Positions 62,433 to 64,000 of a stretch of DNA of 64,000 nt are shown piece after piece (the first letter of the stretch is position 1; each line of letters begins with the position of its first letter). The stretch comes from Laetmonice hystrix (Eukaryota): assembly GCA_965235115.1 (NCBI GenBank), contig OZ249444.1, positions 18,166,001-18,230,000 on the forward strand, written 5' to 3'. The notes under the pieces are model-generated. The model ran no database searches and was not told where the DNA came from. It worked only from the letters and a program-made list of their open reading frames with translations. Position numbers and translations under genes: made by a program.

Positions 62433-62922
62433 GCCACAGTCCTTGGCTGACCACCGCCACAGTCCTCGCCTGACCACCGCCACAGTCCTCGCCTGACCCC
62501 CGCCACAGTCCTCGCCTGACCCCCGCCACAGTCCTCGCCTGACCCCCGCCACAGTCCTCGCCTGACCCCCGCCACAGCCGGGCTGGCCACCGCCAGAGTC
62601 CTTGGCTGACCCCCGCCACAGTCCTCGCCTGACCCCCGCCACAGTCCTCGCCTGACCCCCGGCACAGTCCTTGACTGACCACCGTCACAGTCCATGGCTG
62701 ACCACCGCCACAGTCCTCGGCTGACCACCGCCACAGTCCTCGGCTGACCACCGCCACAGTCCATGGCTGACCACCGCCACAGTCCTTGCCTGACCACCGC
62801 CACAGTCCTCGGCTGACCACCGCCACAGTCCTCGCCTGACCACCGCCACAGTCCTCGGCTGACCACCGCCACAGTCCTCGGCTGACCACCGCCACAGTCC
62901 TCGGCTGACCCCTGCCACAGTC
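62433..62922. repeat. GC-rich minisatellite, 23-bp unit, about 21 copies
   Basis: Unit ccgccacagtcctcgcctgacca with several variants. It accounts for the GGGQARTVAG pseudo-ORFs. Confidence 0.96.
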
Positions 62923-64000
62923 GGGCTGCCCGTTTAGACCCTCTGGTTGACCACGGTTGCCGTTTCTCGGCGCCCCCTTCCACCCCACCCTTGTAATCCC
63001 GTCCTTGGCGTACAATTGTCACCTTCCGTATCTGCTCTAGATCTACCCGCTACTTTCCCATGTTTCTACAAATATATAAATTTGAGATTTTTGGCTCTGT
63101 TCAGGATCAAGTTTATAAACTTCATTTTGTGATACCATTTGAAAGCCTCTGTCCTCGACATACAACATGCACCCGCCCAATTAAATTAAACCACACTAGC
63201 ATTGGCTTGTCTTCAATGGGTCCCGACAGTAAAACAGTATATTTTCTTTATACATTCGCCTTTCTGTTTCTTTTCCTGTTGGGCCTCTACAGGGTTCTGG
63301 GGTCCAGGGTGAGGGGGGTGAGAGAGGTGTTGGGGTGAGGGGTCGCCTAGTTGATGCTCCCCTTTTTTTGCAGCAGATCAGGCAGCGCCACATTGCGGCT
63401 AACGTGATTACCTGAATGGTCGCTGCCTGTCCTCGCCATGACAACGGCCGGGTAAGACGTCGGGGGGGGGGGGGGCGTGGCGGGGTGGTTTTAACCCTGG
63501 AGGATTGGATTACTGGAGGAGCACAACAACATAGTAATCTCCACACGCTCCCAGGATCCAGGGGGCGCCACGCAAACACTTTGAGTAGCATATTAGAAGA
63601 AAAAGTGGGATTTTACTTTTAGCGGACTATGTGATAATACAGTATTGTTTGCCATCAGTCCTGCACCACTTAAACAGAACTGTGGTTCAAAAAATAATCC
63701 ATTTACATTAGGATGTGCAGAAGAAAAAAATCTTTATTCTGCATTACTGTATTTTTCTTGAGAAACTTACCTCTGCTACATCCGGCCATAACCACCACTG
63801 TGAATACAACCCATGAGAATATAATACTTCCTTCAAGATATTTTGAGATATCTCACATGAAAATTCCATGAACATTTTGGTGACGTGTATTGAGAATTAT
63901 TTATTAACCGTATTTGAAAAAAGGTCATGGCTCTCATCAAGCTCTCTACAAAATCCACAGAAGTGCGGTAACTGCACGATTCCCACAATCGCTCACATCC

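Noticed and set aside
1127-62922. Tandem arrays as CRISPR arrays
   Set aside because: Units are directly adjacent with no unique spacers, there are no cas genes, and the context is a spliced eukaryotic gene.
62298-63022. 199-211 aa Gly/Arg/Trp-rich ORFs
   Set aside because: Translation of the 23-bp minisatellite.
1-64000. tRNA/rRNA genes and a shared chi-like core (TGGCG) across arrays
   Set aside because: No cloverleaf with intact A/B boxes and no rRNA-like sequence were seen. A 5-mer shared by four GC-rich units is not significant.

Overview
Eukaryotic (metazoan) genomic DNA with GT-AG introns. The repeat landscape suggests an invertebrate bilaterian, possibly a mollusc (inference only). 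The window is dominated by one minus-strand gene, an anosmin-1 (ANOS1/KAL1) orthologue. Nine coding exons were read by hand: 48673-48614, 26078-25868, 18433-18249, 10448-10319, 4238-4111, 3769-3692, 2805-2749, 1921-1825 and 191-66. They total 1072 nt and splice in frame with compatible phases. They encode part of the Cys-rich region, a complete 8-Cys WAP domain, FN3 repeats 1 and 2, and the start of FN3 repeat 3. The 3' exons lie beyond position 1. The signal-peptide/N-terminal exons could not be confidently located in 48674-64000. The introns hold about 13 unrelated tandem arrays (17-83 bp units, about 7 kb, 11% of the window), degenerate SINE/MITE/LINE fragments, a 134-N gap, a promoter-like motif cluster at about 11.0-11.5 kb and several CTCF-like motifs. 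No rRNA, tRNA, CRISPR array or intact transposon ORF was found. The non-exonic ORFs examined look like repeat artefacts or chance. No clearly new biological system is demonstrated; the best leads are the intronic promoter-like island, the minisatellite density, the CTCF-like sites and a His-rich patch in FN3-1.
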